DNA of 64,000 nucleotides from Vicinamibacteria bacterium (GCA_963668695.2 CAXXLQ010000004.1:1440001-1504000); one strand, 5' to 3'; numbered from the stretch's first letter, positions 10,401-20,955 are shown. Notes: generated by a model from the letters alone, not told the origin. Numbers and translations: made by a program.

Positions 10401-11615
10401 TCAGCTTCCGTCCGGGCAGCCTGTGGGCGAGGTGGCGTGAGCGCCGAGAGCGGTGAGGCCCAGTTCTCCCGGTGGGGGTCCGGCTGACGAGGCGCGCGAG
10501 GGAGGAGCCCCCACCGGGAGAACTGGCCCGGGTGTATTTCGACCGAAGCGCAACGCTGAGCGACGCGAAGCGGCGCGGCTCAGCCGGGATGAATCGCCGC
10601 TCGAGCCCCCACCGGGAGAACTGGGCCGCGCGACTTCGTCCATAGGCTGCCACGACGGAGTCGTCGTCTCTTCCGGGGAACCGACCACCGTGGTAACCGT
10701 CTCGGGGTCGAAGGAAACGAGGCCGATCGCAGCGTCCGGAGCCTCCGGGAAGAGCAACTGGGGAACGATTTCGTAGATGCCGGCCTCTAGCCCCGCGCAG
10801 GAAACTACGGCGAAGAGATTGGATTCGTTCACCTGGCCCAACATGCTCTCGGGGATGCGCACGGTGGCGGCGATTTCACTGATGCTCGGTTGGCAGGCCG
10901 GCTCTTCGGTTACGCCCGGCGCGAGCCAGACGGCAAGGCGCAAATCACGCGGCTCCCTCGCTTCGCCGATGACGAGGCGAACGTCCACGCGCCGGACGCT
11001 GGGCCGAAGGGCGGGGTCGAGTTCGATCTGCAGCCGCTGCCCGTAGGTCTCCCGAAGCCCCTGGGCGGATATCGGCTCGGTCGTGATCTGCGCCGTGTCG
11101 AGGAGCAGCGATTCCGGCCCTTCCACGGCGAGTTCAAGCGGGTCGATTTCGACGCTATGGATCTCGAAACCGGTCGCGGGCTGACCGAGTACGCGCGGAC
11201 TCACCCGCACGGTACTGGTCAAGGTGCGGTCAAGGCGCAAGACGACCTGGGAAGGATCCACGCGCATGACCTGCACGCCTGAAGGGGCTTCGACCGCCTC
11301 CGTTCCGAGAAACCAGGTGCGCTCGCCCGGGGCTTCTCCCGTGAGATCCAGCCGCGCACGGAGTCCCTGGAGGGGTGCGTCGCGCAGTTGGCCGGACGCC
11401 CCGCGAAGTCGCACGTCCACCTCCTGGACCGATTGGTCCACGACCTCGAGTCCGGAAGGGACGTTGACGAGCTCGAGGGGTGTCGAAACGAGAACTTCGG
11501 TGCCCTGCTCGTCCGCGACAAAGAACCAAAGACCGAAGGCGAGCCCGAGCGCCGCGATTCCCCGCAACATTTCGACCGCACGAAAGGGTCCGGGTCCGGT
11601 AACGGACTTGCTCAT
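10401..11615 (-). CDS. cdaR: CdaR/YbbR-domain regulator; last ~83 codons are repeat-derived
   Basis: N-terminal TM helix (ALGLAFGLWFFV) followed by YbbR repeats; directly downstream of cdaA with an overlap. Confidence 0.85.
   Translation of the reverse strand: MSKSVTGPGPFRAVEMLRGIAALGLAFGLWFFVADEQGTEVLVSTPLELVNVPSGLEVVDQSVQEVDVRLRGASGQLRDAPLQGLRARLDLTGEAPGERTWFLGTEAVEAPSGVQVMRVDPSQVVLRLDRTLTSTVRVSPRVLGQPATGFEIHSVEIDPLELAVEGPESLLLDTAQITTEPISAQGLRETYGQRLQIELDPALRPSVRRVDVRLVIGEAREPRDLRLAVWLAPGVTEEPACQPSISEIAATVRIPESMLGQVNESNLFAVVSCAGLEAGIYEIVPQLLFPEAPDAAIGLVSFDPETVTTVVGSPEETTTPSWQPMDEVARPSSPGGGSSGDSSRLSRAASRRSALRFGRNTPGPVLPVGAPPSRASSAGPPPGELGLTALGAHATSPTGCPDGS
10415..10652. mobile_element. MITE-like family 1, copy 3 (type II TIRs), overlapping the 3' end of cdaR
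   Basis: gcagcctgtgggcgagg...cttcgtccataggctgc; three modules. Confidence 0.8.
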
Positions 11616-12463
11616 CGGACTATTTCCGGACTCGAAAGGCGCTGGGCGGGCGCGGGTGGGGAGGCGCCCCCCGACGAGGCCGGACGCGACCTCGTCAGCT
11701 CCGCCTCCAGATCGGCGCGATCGGCAACGGGAACGATCCGGCCGCTGGACACCACGCTTGCCTGTCCGGTCTCCTCGGACACAACGAGCACCGTGGCGTC
11801 CGCCTCTTCGGTGAGGCCGAGGGCGGCGCGGTGGCGGGTGCCGCCCACGCTTTCTTCGGCGTCGTGCCGCGAAAGGGGCAGGACGCAGCGGGCTGCGACG
11901 ATCCGGCCGCCACTCACGATGGCGGCCCCGTCGTGAAGCGGGGAGGTGGGCTGAAAGAGCGAGACGAGCAATTCCGAACTGAGCTTCGCATCAAGCGGCA
12001 TGCCGGAATCGGCGTAGCTCTTGAGGCCGATATTTCCCTGCCAAACGACGATGGCCCCGACCCGATGACGAGACAGTTCGGTGGCTGCTTCGACCAGTGT
12101 TGCGATGGTTGCGCGCTGTGGGTCCAGGTCCCGGCGCCGCCCACGCAGGAAACCGCCGCCACCGACCTGGGCCAGACCGGTTCTGATTTCTGCCTGGTAG
12201 AGGACGATGATCGCGATTCCCAGGTAGGGGAGTGTGTTGCGCACGATCCATTGGACGGTGGTGAGCCCGAGCTGGTTCGACCCGGTGAGTAGCAGCAGGC
12301 CGCCAACAATCACGGTGCCGAAGGCCATCTGAGAAGCGCGCCGGCCCTCGATGAGCTTCAGTAACACGTAGATTGCGCCGGCCACCAGGACGATGTCCAG
12401 GACATCGGTCCAGGACATGCGCGCCGCGAGCGTCTCGGCCAGGTCGAGGATCGTCTCGGTCAA
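11612..12463 (-). CDS. cdaA: Membrane diadenylate cyclase
   Basis: Three TM helices, then PLHDGA and GTRHRAALG motifs, VVSEETG. Confidence 0.95.
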   Translation of the reverse strand: MTETILDLAETLAARMSWTDVLDIVLVAGAIYVLLKLIEGRRASQMAFGTVIVGGLLLLTGSNQLGLTTVQWIVRNTLPYLGIAIIVLYQAEIRTGLAQVGGGGFLRGRRRDLDPQRATIATLVEAATELSRHRVGAIVVWQGNIGLKSYADSGMPLDAKLSSELLVSLFQPTSPLHDGAAIVSGGRIVAARCVLPLSRHDAEESVGGTRHRAALGLTEEADATVLVVSEETGQASVVSSGRIVPVADRADLEAELTRSRPASSGGASPPAPAQRLSSPEIVR

Positions 12464-12496
12464 TCTGGGGAACTACCGGCGCCAGGAGCCCGCCGT

Positions 12497-12753
12497 TAGC
12501 AGCCGGTGGTGGAATCCGGGTGAGCGCCGAGGCCGGTGAGGCCCAGTTCTCCCGGTGGGGCCAGTTCTCCCGGTGGGGGCCCGGCTGACAAGGCGCGTGA
12601 GGGAGGAGCCCCCACCGGGAGAACTGGCCCGGGTGTATTCCGACCGAAACGCAACGATGAGCGGCGCGCAGCGACGCGGTTCAGCCGGGATGGATCGCCG
12701 GCCGAGCCCCCACCGGGAGAACTGGGCCGCGCGGGTTTCACCACAGGCTGTTA
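12497..12753. mobile_element. MITE-like family 1, copy 4
   Basis: TIRs flanked by TA; four modules (slot 1 doubled). Confidence 0.85.
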
Positions 12754-12757
12754 GCAC

Positions 12758-14680
12758 CTAGGTTGCGCCGCCGGGTTCAGGCACCAGCGGAGGAGTGATG
12801 GCAACCCGTCCGGGTACTGTCTTCGGGGCGGGACTCGGGGACTCCACGTCGGGCGCCGCCGGAGCGGGCGCGGGTTCGGGAAGGGTTTTTCCTTCGAGGA
12901 CGAGCTGGACTTCCGTGGAATTCAACACTTCGCGCTCAAGGAGCGCCTCGGCCACCGCCGCCAGCCGGTCGCGGTTTTTCTCGAGAAGTTCCTTCGCGCG
13001 GTGGTAGGCGTCGTCCACGATGCGGTGCACTTCCGCATCGATCGCCTTGGCCGTGCTCTCGCTGTAGTCCTTTCGGGCTGCAAGGTCGCGACCCAGGAAC
13101 ACTTCGTGGCCCGTTCGGTCAAACGAAACTGGTCCGAGGACTTCGCTCATGCCCCACTCGCAGACCATGCGTCGCGCCAGGTCGGTTGCCTTCTGGATAT
13201 CGTCAGACGCTCCGGTCGTGACCTGGCCCAGGAAGATCTCCTCGGCCAGTCGGCCACCCATCTTCACCGCGATCATTGCCTCGACGTAATCCCGGTCGTG
13301 GGTGCGCCGATCACCCTCGGGCAGCAGCATCGTGACTCCCATCGCCATCCCGCGCGGAATGATGCTCACCTTGTGCACGGGGTCGGCTTTTTCGAGCAGC
13401 GCCGCCACTACCGCGTGTCCGGCCTCGTGATACGCAGTGGTGCGCTTTTCGTCCGGAGTCATGATGACCGACCGGCGTTCCGCTCCCATGAGGACCTTGT
13501 CCTTCGCCTGCTCAAAATCCTCCATGCGCACGTTTTTCTGGGAATGGCGCGCGGCGCTCAGGGCTGCCTCGTTCACCAGGTTGGCGAGGTCCGCTCCGGA
13601 GAAACCGGGAGTGCCGCGGGCGATGATGCTGAGGTCAACATCGGATGCGAAGGGAACGCGGGCGCTGTGGACTTTGAGAATTCCCTCGCGACCCCTGACG
13701 TCGGGGAGGGACACCACGATCCGTCGATCGAATCGCCCCGGGCGCAGCAGCGCCGGATCGAGAACGTCCGGCCGGTTCGTGGAAGCGATCAGGATGACGC
13801 CCTCGTTGGACGCGAAGCCGTCCATCTCGACCAGCAACTGGTTCAGAGTCTGCTCGCGCTCGTCGTGTCCACCACCGAGACCCGCCCCCCGCTGGCGCCC
13901 GACGGCGTCGATCTCGTCGATGAAAACGATGCAGGGGGCGTTCTTCTTGCCCTGTTCGAACAGGTCGCGAACCCGACTCGCCCCAACTCCCACGAACATC
14001 TCGACGAAATCCGAGCCGCTGATCGTGAAGAAGGGGACACTGGCCTCCCCGGAGATGGCGCGGGCCAGGAGTGTCTTCCCGGTCCCGGGAGGCCCCATGA
14101 GCAGTACACCCTTGGGAATCCGCCCACCGAGTCGCTGGAATTTCTGAGGTTCCTTCAGGAAATCGATGATCTCCTGCAGCTCTTCTTTCGGCTCGTCGAC
14201 GCCGGCCACATCCTTGAAGGTGACCTTCTTCTGCTGGTTGGAAGTCAGCTTGGCGCGACTGCGCCCGAACGACATGGCGCGGTTTCCCGGCGCCTGCATC
14301 TGGCGGATGAGGAAGAAGAACAGGCCGACGATAAGCAGGATCGGCAGCCAACTCAGCAGCGTCACGATCCATGGGGTGCGGCTGCCGTCATCGGCCTCCA
14401 CATTGATTCCGCGTTCCAGCAGGGTAGAGACCAGGCCCTCCATTTCGGGCGCGAAGGTCCGAAACGATTTGCCGTCGACGCCGGTTCCGGTGATCTCGCT
14501 CCCGGCGCCGGTGCCGCTGATCCGAACATCGGCGATCTTGTCCTCCTCCACCCGCTGCATGAACTGGGTGAAGGAGAGTTCGTTCTCCTGCTCGGAGATA
14601 CGGCTCGAGACGTTCCAGAACAGGATCAGAACGAGCGAGGCCGTCAGCCAGAACATGAGGTTCTTCATCGTCGAACTCAT
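12758..14680 (-). CDS. ftsH: ATP-dependent zinc metalloprotease FtsH
   Basis: Two TM helices, [29 protein letters not shown]. Confidence 0.98.
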   Translation of the reverse strand: MSSTMKNLMFWLTASLVLILFWNVSSRISEQENELSFTQFMQRVEEDKIADVRISGTGAGSEITGTGVDGKSFRTFAPEMEGLVSTLLERGINVEADDGSRTPWIVTLLSWLPILLIVGLFFFLIRQMQAPGNRAMSFGRSRAKLTSNQQKKVTFKDVAGVDEPKEELQEIIDFLKEPQKFQRLGGRIPKGVLLMGPPGTGKTLLARAISGEASVPFFTISGSDFVEMFVGVGASRVRDLFEQGKKNAPCIVFIDEIDAVGRQRGAGLGGGHDEREQTLNQLLVEMDGFASNEGVILIASTNRPDVLDPALLRPGRFDRRIVVSLPDVRGREGILKVHSARVPFASDVDLSIIARGTPGFSGADLANLVNEAALSAARHSQKNVRMEDFEQAKDKVLMGAERRSVIMTPDEKRTTAYHEAGHAVVAALLEKADPVHKVSIIPRGMAMGVTMLLPEGDRRTHDRDYVEAMIAVKMGGRLAEEIFLGQVTTGASDDIQKATDLARRMVCEWGMSEVLGPVSFDRTGHEVFLGRDLAARKDYSESTAKAIDAEVHRIVDDAYHRAKELLEKNRDRLAAVAEALLEREVLNSTEVQLVLEGKTLPEPAPAPAAPDVESPSPAPKTVPGRVAITPPLVPEPGGAT

Positions 14681-14702
14681 CCCGATCTCAGCGCCCCGGC
14701 AT

Positions 14703-14887
14703 TAACAGCCTGTGGTGAAACCCACGTGAGCGCCGAGACGGGCGAGGCGCCCGGCTGACAAGGCGCGCGAGGGAGGAATACCGGGTGTATTTCGACCGAA
14801 ACGCAACGGGGAGCCCCGCGAAGCGGGGCGGTTCAGCCGGGATGCATCGCCGCTCGAACGCCGCCTGGGTTTCACCACCGGCTGTTT
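14703..14887. mobile_element. MITE-like family 1, copy 5 (module-free backbone)
   Basis: Full TIRs and backbone, no CCCACCGGGAGAACTGG module. Confidence 0.8.
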
Positions 14888-14921
14888 GTTCTGGTCTGTC
14901 ATACGAAGGAAGTCCGGGCAA

Positions 14922-14927
14922 ATTATA
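14922..14927 (-). promoter_or_regulatory. Putative -10 box (TATAAT) for ftsH
   Basis: Perfect consensus on the minus strand in the tilS-ftsH gap; no clear -35 box. Confidence 0.55.
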
Positions 14928-15006
14928 GGTTGCGCCCGGCCCCGGACCGGTACCGTGCCCCAGACGCGGATCGCGATCCGCGGCCACGCCGTCAAATCGG
15001 CGTGGC

Positions 15007-16137
15007 TCAAGCTGCTTCGGGGCCACTCGTGCTCGTGGTTTCGGCCGGGGAAACGGTCAACACCCGGTGTTTCAAACGCACGACCACCCCCGGCAGATCC
15101 AGCGAGGATCCTCCGCGCCCGGCGCGGACCAGGCGCAGCACCGCTTCGATGTGGACGGCGCCGATGCGGCGCAGGTTCCCCCGGGCGATCCGAAGTCCTT
15201 CGCGAACGAGGCGGCGCGCCAGCGCCGGATGGGCTGCCGCAAGTTCGGCGATCGGAAACCGCACCTCGGCGGATCTCCCGCGCCTCACGACGTCGGCGAC
15301 GTCGGTGAAACGGCGGGAGGTGATTTCGCTCAGCCATTCTTCGTCCTCCCTGAGGAGCGAGGCCGTCCGGCCCAGCGCGGCTTCCACCTGTGGGTTCACG
15401 GAGTCCTTGAGGACTGGGAGGACCTGGTGCCGGATTCGGTTCCTCGCGAATTCGTCAAACTCGTTCGATGGATCGGTATAGAACGGCCAACCTTCCTCCC
15501 GCACGACCTTGGCGATCATCGTCCGGGAGACCGAAAGCAGCGGCCGGACGATCGCGAGGCCTCTTTCGTCCCCGCGGATGGGCGCCATGGCGCCGAGTCC
15601 CAGAGTCCCGGCGCCCCGCACCAGTTGCAGCAGTACGGTTTCGGCCTGGTCGGTAAGCGTGTGCCCGAGGAGGACCGCGCATACCTCCCGTTCCCGGCCG
15701 ATTTCAGCGAAGAAGTCAAGCCTTTCGAGCCTGCCGGCTTCTTCGAGTGAGCGGCCCTCCCGTTTTGCGCGGGCGCCGACATCCCGCCGGGCGCTGCAGA
15801 AGTCCATCCCGAGCGAGGCCGCCACGGTTCTTGCGAACTCGGCCTGTTCCGCGGAGTCCGGCCGCAGCGAGTGGTCGAGGTGTGCCACAACAAGCTGCGG
15901 TCCGCCGGTTCTACCGCAGAGGCCGCCAGGCGCCCCGAGCAGATGGAGGAGTGCCGTTGAGTCCACACCTCCGGAAAACCCAACGAGGACGGACCGGTTC
16001 CCGGCGTCGTCCGGAAACCAATCCAGAGCGGCGTCGAGCGCATCCCGGAGGGACCGCAGAACACGGTCGCGCGACCCTCGCGCCCCCGAAGGGGACTTCC
16101 CGGCGACCCCGGGATCAGGATTCGCTGGAGCCTCCAT
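15007..16137 (-). CDS. tilS: tRNA(Ile)-lysidine synthetase
   Basis: GFSGGVDS, AHLDHSLR, HTLTDQAET, RPLL, DPSN, RNRIR. Confidence 0.93.
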   Translation of the reverse strand: MEAPANPDPGVAGKSPSGARGSRDRVLRSLRDALDAALDWFPDDAGNRSVLVGFSGGVDSTALLHLLGAPGGLCGRTGGPQLVVAHLDHSLRPDSAEQAEFARTVAASLGMDFCSARRDVGARAKREGRSLEEAGRLERLDFFAEIGREREVCAVLLGHTLTDQAETVLLQLVRGAGTLGLGAMAPIRGDERGLAIVRPLLSVSRTMIAKVVREEGWPFYTDPSNEFDEFARNRIRHQVLPVLKDSVNPQVEAALGRTASLLREDEEWLSEITSRRFTDVADVVRRGRSAEVRFPIAELAAAHPALARRLVREGLRIARGNLRRIGAVHIEAVLRLVRAGRGGSSLDLPGVVVRLKHRVLTVSPAETTSTSGPEAA

Positions 16138-17443
16138 CCTTTTTCTCTTTTGGCTCCTGCGGCTCTGGAGGAAGCGGTTCGATGCGCAGGCGGGTAATCC
16201 GGTGGCGCTCCACGGCCATTACCCGGAGTGCGGCCCCGGGGATCGGGACGGTCTCCCCCTCCTTCGGAATCCGGCCGGTGTGCGCGAGAACGAATCCCGC
16301 CACCGTGTCGTAGTCGTCCCCCTGCGGGATCTCGATCCTTTCGTGCAAGCCGTCCGGACCAGCTCCATGACCAGCTCCATGCTGGGCGAGCTCGGCGTTG
16401 GCCTCGGAAACGGTCAGGGTGCCGTCGAACACGAAGCTGCCTCCCGGGCCCGGCGCGTTCTCTCCGGGCCACGGGCCACGGATGGCTTCAAGGAGTGAGC
16501 TCGAAGTAACCAGCCCCTCGACGCCCCCATGTTCATCCACCACGATCAGCATGCGGCAGGATTGTTCGCGCATCTGGACGAGCGCCTGGGCGAGGGTCGC
16601 GGTCCCGGGAGAGAAGCGGGCCGCCGCCAGATGATTCTCCACCCGGAAGTCAGCCCCGGCCTCGAGAGCCGGGAGAACTTCACGAAGATCCATGACGCCC
16701 CGAATATCGTCGAGGGTGTTTCCTACTACCGGAAGCCGGGTGTGCCCATGCTGGCGAAAGAGCCGCATGGTGTCCGAAACGCCCGCATCGGAGGAGACTG
16801 CCACGATGGCCCGCCTGGGTGTCATGACCTCGGTGAGCCGCCGTCCGGTGGCATCGGCAAGTCGCACCAATACCTGCTTTTCCACGACATCGGTGTCCGG
16901 GGGCCCGAAACGAAGGCTCTCTCGCATCTCGGCTGCGCTGATGGTTGCTTCCCGCGCTGGCCGCGAGATGCCGAAGACCCCCAGGAGCTTCGTTACCAGC
17001 CAGGACAGCGCGGCAGCAATGGGGCCGAGAAGCCATAGCAGCCCCTGCACCGGGCGAACCATGCTCAGCGACCACCTCTCGGAGTGGCGGGAGGCGATGC
17101 TCTTCGGCAACATCTCGCCGAAAACGAGGAGTGCGGCTCCGACGAGGAGTGTCGCGAGGGTTGCCGCGCGAGCCCGCTCCTCGTTCGTTTCTGCTCCCGC
17201 GGAAAGAACCACCGTGGCCAGCACTCCTGCGAGCACGTTGGCGAAGACGTTGCCCGTCAGAACCGCTCCCAAAAACCGCTCTGGATGCTCGGCAACCCGA
17301 ATCACGGCGGCTGCCTTCCGGTTTCGCACTGCCATGACGCGCAGTCGGTGCAACCGCACCGCCATGAAGGCGGTTTCCGATCCCGAAAAGAAGGCCGAAA
17401 GGACCAGTACTCCGAGGAGCGCCGCCGCGAGGGCCCAGGTCAC
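16115..17443 (-). CDS. CNNM/HlyC-CorC family transporter (DUF21 + CBS pair + CorC domain)
   Basis: SAFFSGSETA, FGEMLPKSIA, VMTPR, VVDEHGG, YDTVAGF. Confidence 0.9.
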   Translation of the reverse strand: MTWALAAALLGVLVLSAFFSGSETAFMAVRLHRLRVMAVRNRKAAAVIRVAEHPERFLGAVLTGNVFANVLAGVLATVVLSAGAETNEERARAATLATLLVGAALLVFGEMLPKSIASRHSERWSLSMVRPVQGLLWLLGPIAAALSWLVTKLLGVFGISRPAREATISAAEMRESLRFGPPDTDVVEKQVLVRLADATGRRLTEVMTPRRAIVAVSSDAGVSDTMRLFRQHGHTRLPVVGNTLDDIRGVMDLREVLPALEAGADFRVENHLAAARFSPGTATLAQALVQMREQSCRMLIVVDEHGGVEGLVTSSSLLEAIRGPWPGENAPGPGGSFVFDGTLTVSEANAELAQHGAGHGAGPDGLHERIEIPQGDDYDTVAGFVLAHTGRIPKEGETVPIPGAALRVMAVERHRITRLRIEPLPPEPQEPKEKKDGGSSES

Positions 17444-17450
17444 GAGCGGC

Positions 17451-17728
17451 TAGCAGCTTGTGGTGAAACCCACGTGAGCGCCGAGACCGGCGAGGCGCGC
17501 GGCTGACAAGGCGCGTGAGGGAGGAGCCCCCACCGGGAGAACTGGCCCGGGTGTATTCCGACTGAAACGCAACGATGAGCGGCGCGCAGCGACGCGGTGA
17601 ACAGCCTGTGGATGGATCGCCGGCCGAGCCCCCACCGGGAGAACTGGGCCGCGTGGGTTTCATCACCGGTTGTTTGGCCGGGATGGATCGCCGGTCGAAC
17701 GCCGTGTGGGTTTTGCCACAGGCTGCTA
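17451..17728. mobile_element. MITE-like family 1, copy 6 (right end duplicated)
   Basis: CTAG at both ends; two modules. Confidence 0.8.
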
Positions 17729-17757
17729 GGTCCCGTGATCCTGACAGGCCAGGCTAC

Positions 17758-18864
17758 TCAAGTGGGAGCCCCGGCCGTCTCTCCCGGCCGCAAGACGCGG
17801 TACCTGGTGTCCCGTTGAACCGGAGTAAAACCGGCCTCCCTGATCAGAACCTGCACTTCGTCAATGCTCGTCCGGTTGATGAAACCGGTGCAAGCGTGGA
17901 CGTTTTCTTCGAGCAGGGTGCCCCCGAAGTCGTCGGCGCCCCAGTGAAGGCCGACCTGGCCGGCTTTTTTGCCCTCGCTGAACCAGGATGCCTGGATGTG
18001 ATCGAAGTTGTCCAGCACGAGGCGTGCGACCCCGAGGATCCGGAGGTAGTCGTTCGGTCCCGCGTAGTGGGGAATCTTCCGGACCAGGGGAGTATTTCCG
18101 GGTTTGAAGCTCCAGGGCACGAACGCCGTGAATCCATGGAACTCATCCTGCAACTCGCGGATGCTCAACAGGTGCGTGACGATGTCTTCGTTCGTCTCTA
18201 CGTGGCCGTACATCATGGTTGCAGTGCTCACGAACCCGACGGCGTGAGCCTCCCGATGGACGTCGAGCCAGGCGCCGGCTCTTCCCTTCTTGTGCGACAC
18301 CTTCCGCCGAACCCGGTCGCTCAGAATCTCGGCGCCTCCCCCCGGCAGCGTGTCCTGGCCCGCCTCCTTGAGCCTGGTCAGAACTTCACGAATGCTGAGG
18401 CCGCTGACTTTCGCCATGCCTTCGATTTCAACAGCCGACCAGTAGTGCGGCGTCACGCCCGGAAACCGATCTCGCGTTCCGCGGACAAGGTCCAGGTAGT
18501 AGTCGAGCGGCAAAGACTCGTTCACCCCGCCCTGGAGGAGCACCGTCGTGGCTCCCCGCTCGACGGACGTGCCGATTCGATCCAGCATCTCCTCGACGGA
18601 GTATGTATAGGCCTCCGCATGCCCTGGGGGTCGGTAGAAGGCGCAGAACGTGCAATCCACTTCACAGACATTCGTGTAGTTGGGATTCGTATCCACCACG
18701 AAGGTAACTTCGCGCTCAGAGTGCCGGCGAAAGCGGTCGTGATTCGCAAGTTCTCCGAGAAAGAGAAGAGGAGCCTCGTCCATCAACCAGATGGCATCGG
18801 TTTCCGAGAGGCGCTCGCGGCATTCGGTCTTGCGCCGGATCCGGTCCATCGCACTGTTCAACAT
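17758..18864 (-). CDS. mqnC: Cyclic dehypoxanthine futalosine synthase (radical SAM)
   Basis: NYTNVCEVDCTFCAFYR, LLQGG, PGGGAEIL, GADDFGGTLLEENV. Confidence 0.9.
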   Translation of the reverse strand: MLNSAMDRIRRKTECRERLSETDAIWLMDEAPLLFLGELANHDRFRRHSEREVTFVVDTNPNYTNVCEVDCTFCAFYRPPGHAEAYTYSVEEMLDRIGTSVERGATTVLLQGGVNESLPLDYYLDLVRGTRDRFPGVTPHYWSAVEIEGMAKVSGLSIREVLTRLKEAGQDTLPGGGAEILSDRVRRKVSHKKGRAGAWLDVHREAHAVGFVSTATMMYGHVETNEDIVTHLLSIRELQDEFHGFTAFVPWSFKPGNTPLVRKIPHYAGPNDYLRILGVARLVLDNFDHIQASWFSEGKKAGQVGLHWGADDFGGTLLEENVHACTGFINRTSIDEVQVLIREAGFTPVQRDTRYRVLRPGETAGAPT

Positions 18865-18883
18865 GATGCGCCGTTTGTCTCCT

Positions 18884-18938
18884 TGGCAGCCTGTGGATAG
18901 GGTGAGGTGGGCCGCGTCACTTTGTTCACCGGCTGCTA
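18884..18938. mobile_element. Minimal family 1 derivative (TIRs only, ~55 bp)
   Basis: gcagcctgtggata...ttgttcaccggctgcta; its end supplies the mqnA TAG stop. Confidence 0.65.
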
Positions 18939-19712
18939 TGCCTCCGAAGAGGGAATCAGATTGCTTTCACTTACAAGTCGCCGGAAGGTTTCGAAACCTC
19001 GACGTTCCGATTCACCAAACCGGTAGGTGAAATCGGAGAGATACCGGGCGATGGCCGCCCGATCGCCCAGCGGCCCCGCCGCCTCGACGGCAATTTCCGG
19101 GATCCTCTCGATGCCCCGCCCGAGGGATTTGGCGATCGTTTCGTAGAGCTGCGACCGCTTGGCCGAAGTCAATGACTTTCTGGCGCTCCAGATCGCGAAC
19201 ACGAAGGGAAGACCGGTCCATTCCTGCCAGCAGGACGCAAGGTCGAAACGGAAGGGGAATCTTGGGTCGGGCTGTTCCCGCTCCCGAAGCGCCGCGTCAC
19301 CGATCAGAAGCAGGGCGTCGTGCTCCCGAGTTACCCCCGAGCGGTACTCGGGTAGCTCGATGGCAAGTCGTTCCTCCAACCAGAGGCGGAGAAGCAATAC
19401 CGAAGTCGAAGTCTCCTTTGTGATTTCGACGACCTTTCCCCCGAGCTGCTCTGGCGGACACCGGGAGAGCAGGAACACGCTTCCCGCCTGCTTGCGGCAA
19501 GCGATCCCGAAGGCGCCCCGCGCGTCCCCGAGCGGCGAATACTGCTTTTCATTGCGGAGCAGATCCCCTACCGAAAGCAGTCCGGCGTCGAGCTCGGAGG
19601 CTGTCGCCAGGCGCCCGATCTCCGACGGAGAGGCCCGGAAGACACGAAGGCCCGGAAAGGGCTCAAAGGGCTGGGTGTTCAGGTAGGCGAGTTGCCCGAG
19701 CAGCAGGCGCAC
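18936..19712 (-). CDS. mqnA: Chorismate dehydratase
   Basis: AYLNTQP, TSTSVLLL, LLIGDAAL, DLASCWQEWTGLPFVFAIW. Confidence 0.9.
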   Translation of the reverse strand: MRLLLGQLAYLNTQPFEPFPGLRVFRASPSEIGRLATASELDAGLLSVGDLLRNEKQYSPLGDARGAFGIACRKQAGSVFLLSRCPPEQLGGKVVEITKETSTSVLLLRLWLEERLAIELPEYRSGVTREHDALLLIGDAALREREQPDPRFPFRFDLASCWQEWTGLPFVFAIWSARKSLTSAKRSQLYETIAKSLGRGIERIPEIAVEAAGPLGDRAAIARYLSDFTYRFGESERRGFETFRRLVSESNLIPSSEA

Positions 19713-19842
19713 TACGGAGCGGATGACGGGGGACTTTGTCCGAACCGGCCCGCAGTCGGATACCGCGTGGTTCCGGGTCGGTATCCAGCGCCAGAGTGCG
19801 GCGTAGGCTGGCGGGACACGGCGGATCGGATTGCCACCGCTG

Positions 19843-20955
19843 TCAGGCAGCCTCCCAGACTTGCACCACGTTGTACAGGGCGTCGCGCTCCACGGGAGTC
19901 TTCCCGGCGTCTCGAATCATCCGGACCAATCGCTCACGGGCCAGGCCAACGGGACTCGTCGCCTGCGCGAAGTGGGCGATCTTTTCTTCGCCGATCGTCC
20001 CATCGAGGTCACTCGCTCCGAAGTTCAGCGCCATTCCCGCCGAGTCCTCACCCAGCATCACCCAGTAGGCCTTGATGTGGGGGAAGTTGTCGAGGAGCAG
20101 GCGGGAGCACGCGACGGTTCGGAGATCCTCGAGTACCGACGCCTGACGCTCGGCGAGCCCCGTGTTCCCCGGTTGGAGCGCGAGCGGGATAAACGATTGA
20201 AAACCGGCATCGGACGGGCCGCGGTCGTCCTGTGCTTCCCGGAGCTGGATCATGTGATCCACGCGCTCCCCGAGCGTCTCGATGTGCCCGTACAGCAGGG
20301 TCGCGTTCGTCATGATCCCCAAACGATGAGCGGCCCGGTGGACTTCGAACCACTTTCCCCGACCGATCTTGGTCTTGAACGTTTCCTTGCGGACCCGGTC
20401 TGAGAACACCTCGGCCCCCCCACCGGGAAGGGCGTTGAGGCCCGCCTCCTGCAGCCGGATCAGGATGTCCTCGATGGTGGTTTTCTCCAATCGGGCGAAC
20501 CAGTCGATTTCCACGGCTGTCCACGCCTTGATCTGGACCCTCGGAAACTGACGGTGAATCTCGCTAACGATCTCGAGATACCGGGCGAAGGGCCACTTGG
20601 GGTGCAGGCCGCCGACGATATGAACCTCCGAGAGCTCCTCGGACACTTGGGCGAGGACTTCCTCGAGGGACTGCTCGTAGGCGTGCGCATCGCCCGGTTT
20701 CGCGGCGAAATCACAGAAGACGCAGGACAGTACGCACAGGTTGGTCGGGTTGATCTGCCGGTTCACGACAAACTGGACCCGGTCGCCATTGCGCGCTCTG
20801 GCGGCATGGTCGGCCATCCGCGCCAGCGCCGGCAGATCAACGGTCTGGAGCAGTGTGATTCCGTCGTCGAAGGCGAGGCGGTCGCCGGCGAGCACCTTCT
20901 CCCAGATGGGGACCAGGGCTCGGTCGCGAAACGCGACGCCTTCGGCAAGCAACAC
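19843..20955 (-). CDS. mqnE: Aminofutalosine synthase (radical SAM)
   Basis: INPTNLCVLSCVFCDF, HIVGGLHP, HIKAYWVMLG, DGTIGEEKIAH; GGAG before GTG 20955. Confidence 0.9.
   Translation of the reverse strand: MLLAEGVAFRDRALVPIWEKVLAGDRLAFDDGITLLQTVDLPALARMADHAARARNGDRVQFVVNRQINPTNLCVLSCVFCDFAAKPGDAHAYEQSLEEVLAQVSEELSEVHIVGGLHPKWPFARYLEIVSEIHRQFPRVQIKAWTAVEIDWFARLEKTTIEDILIRLQEAGLNALPGGGAEVFSDRVRKETFKTKIGRGKWFEVHRAAHRLGIMTNATLLYGHIETLGERVDHMIQLREAQDDRGPSDAGFQSFIPLALQPGNTGLAERQASVLEDLRTVACSRLLLDNFPHIKAYWVMLGEDSAGMALNFGASDLDGTIGEEKIAHFAQATSPVGLARERLVRMIRDAGKTPVERDALYNVVQVWEAA

Noticed and set aside
17758-20955. CofH/FO synthase assignment for the two radical SAM genes
   Set aside because: Context with mqnA, ubiX and mqnP and the C-terminal motifs fit MqnC and MqnE
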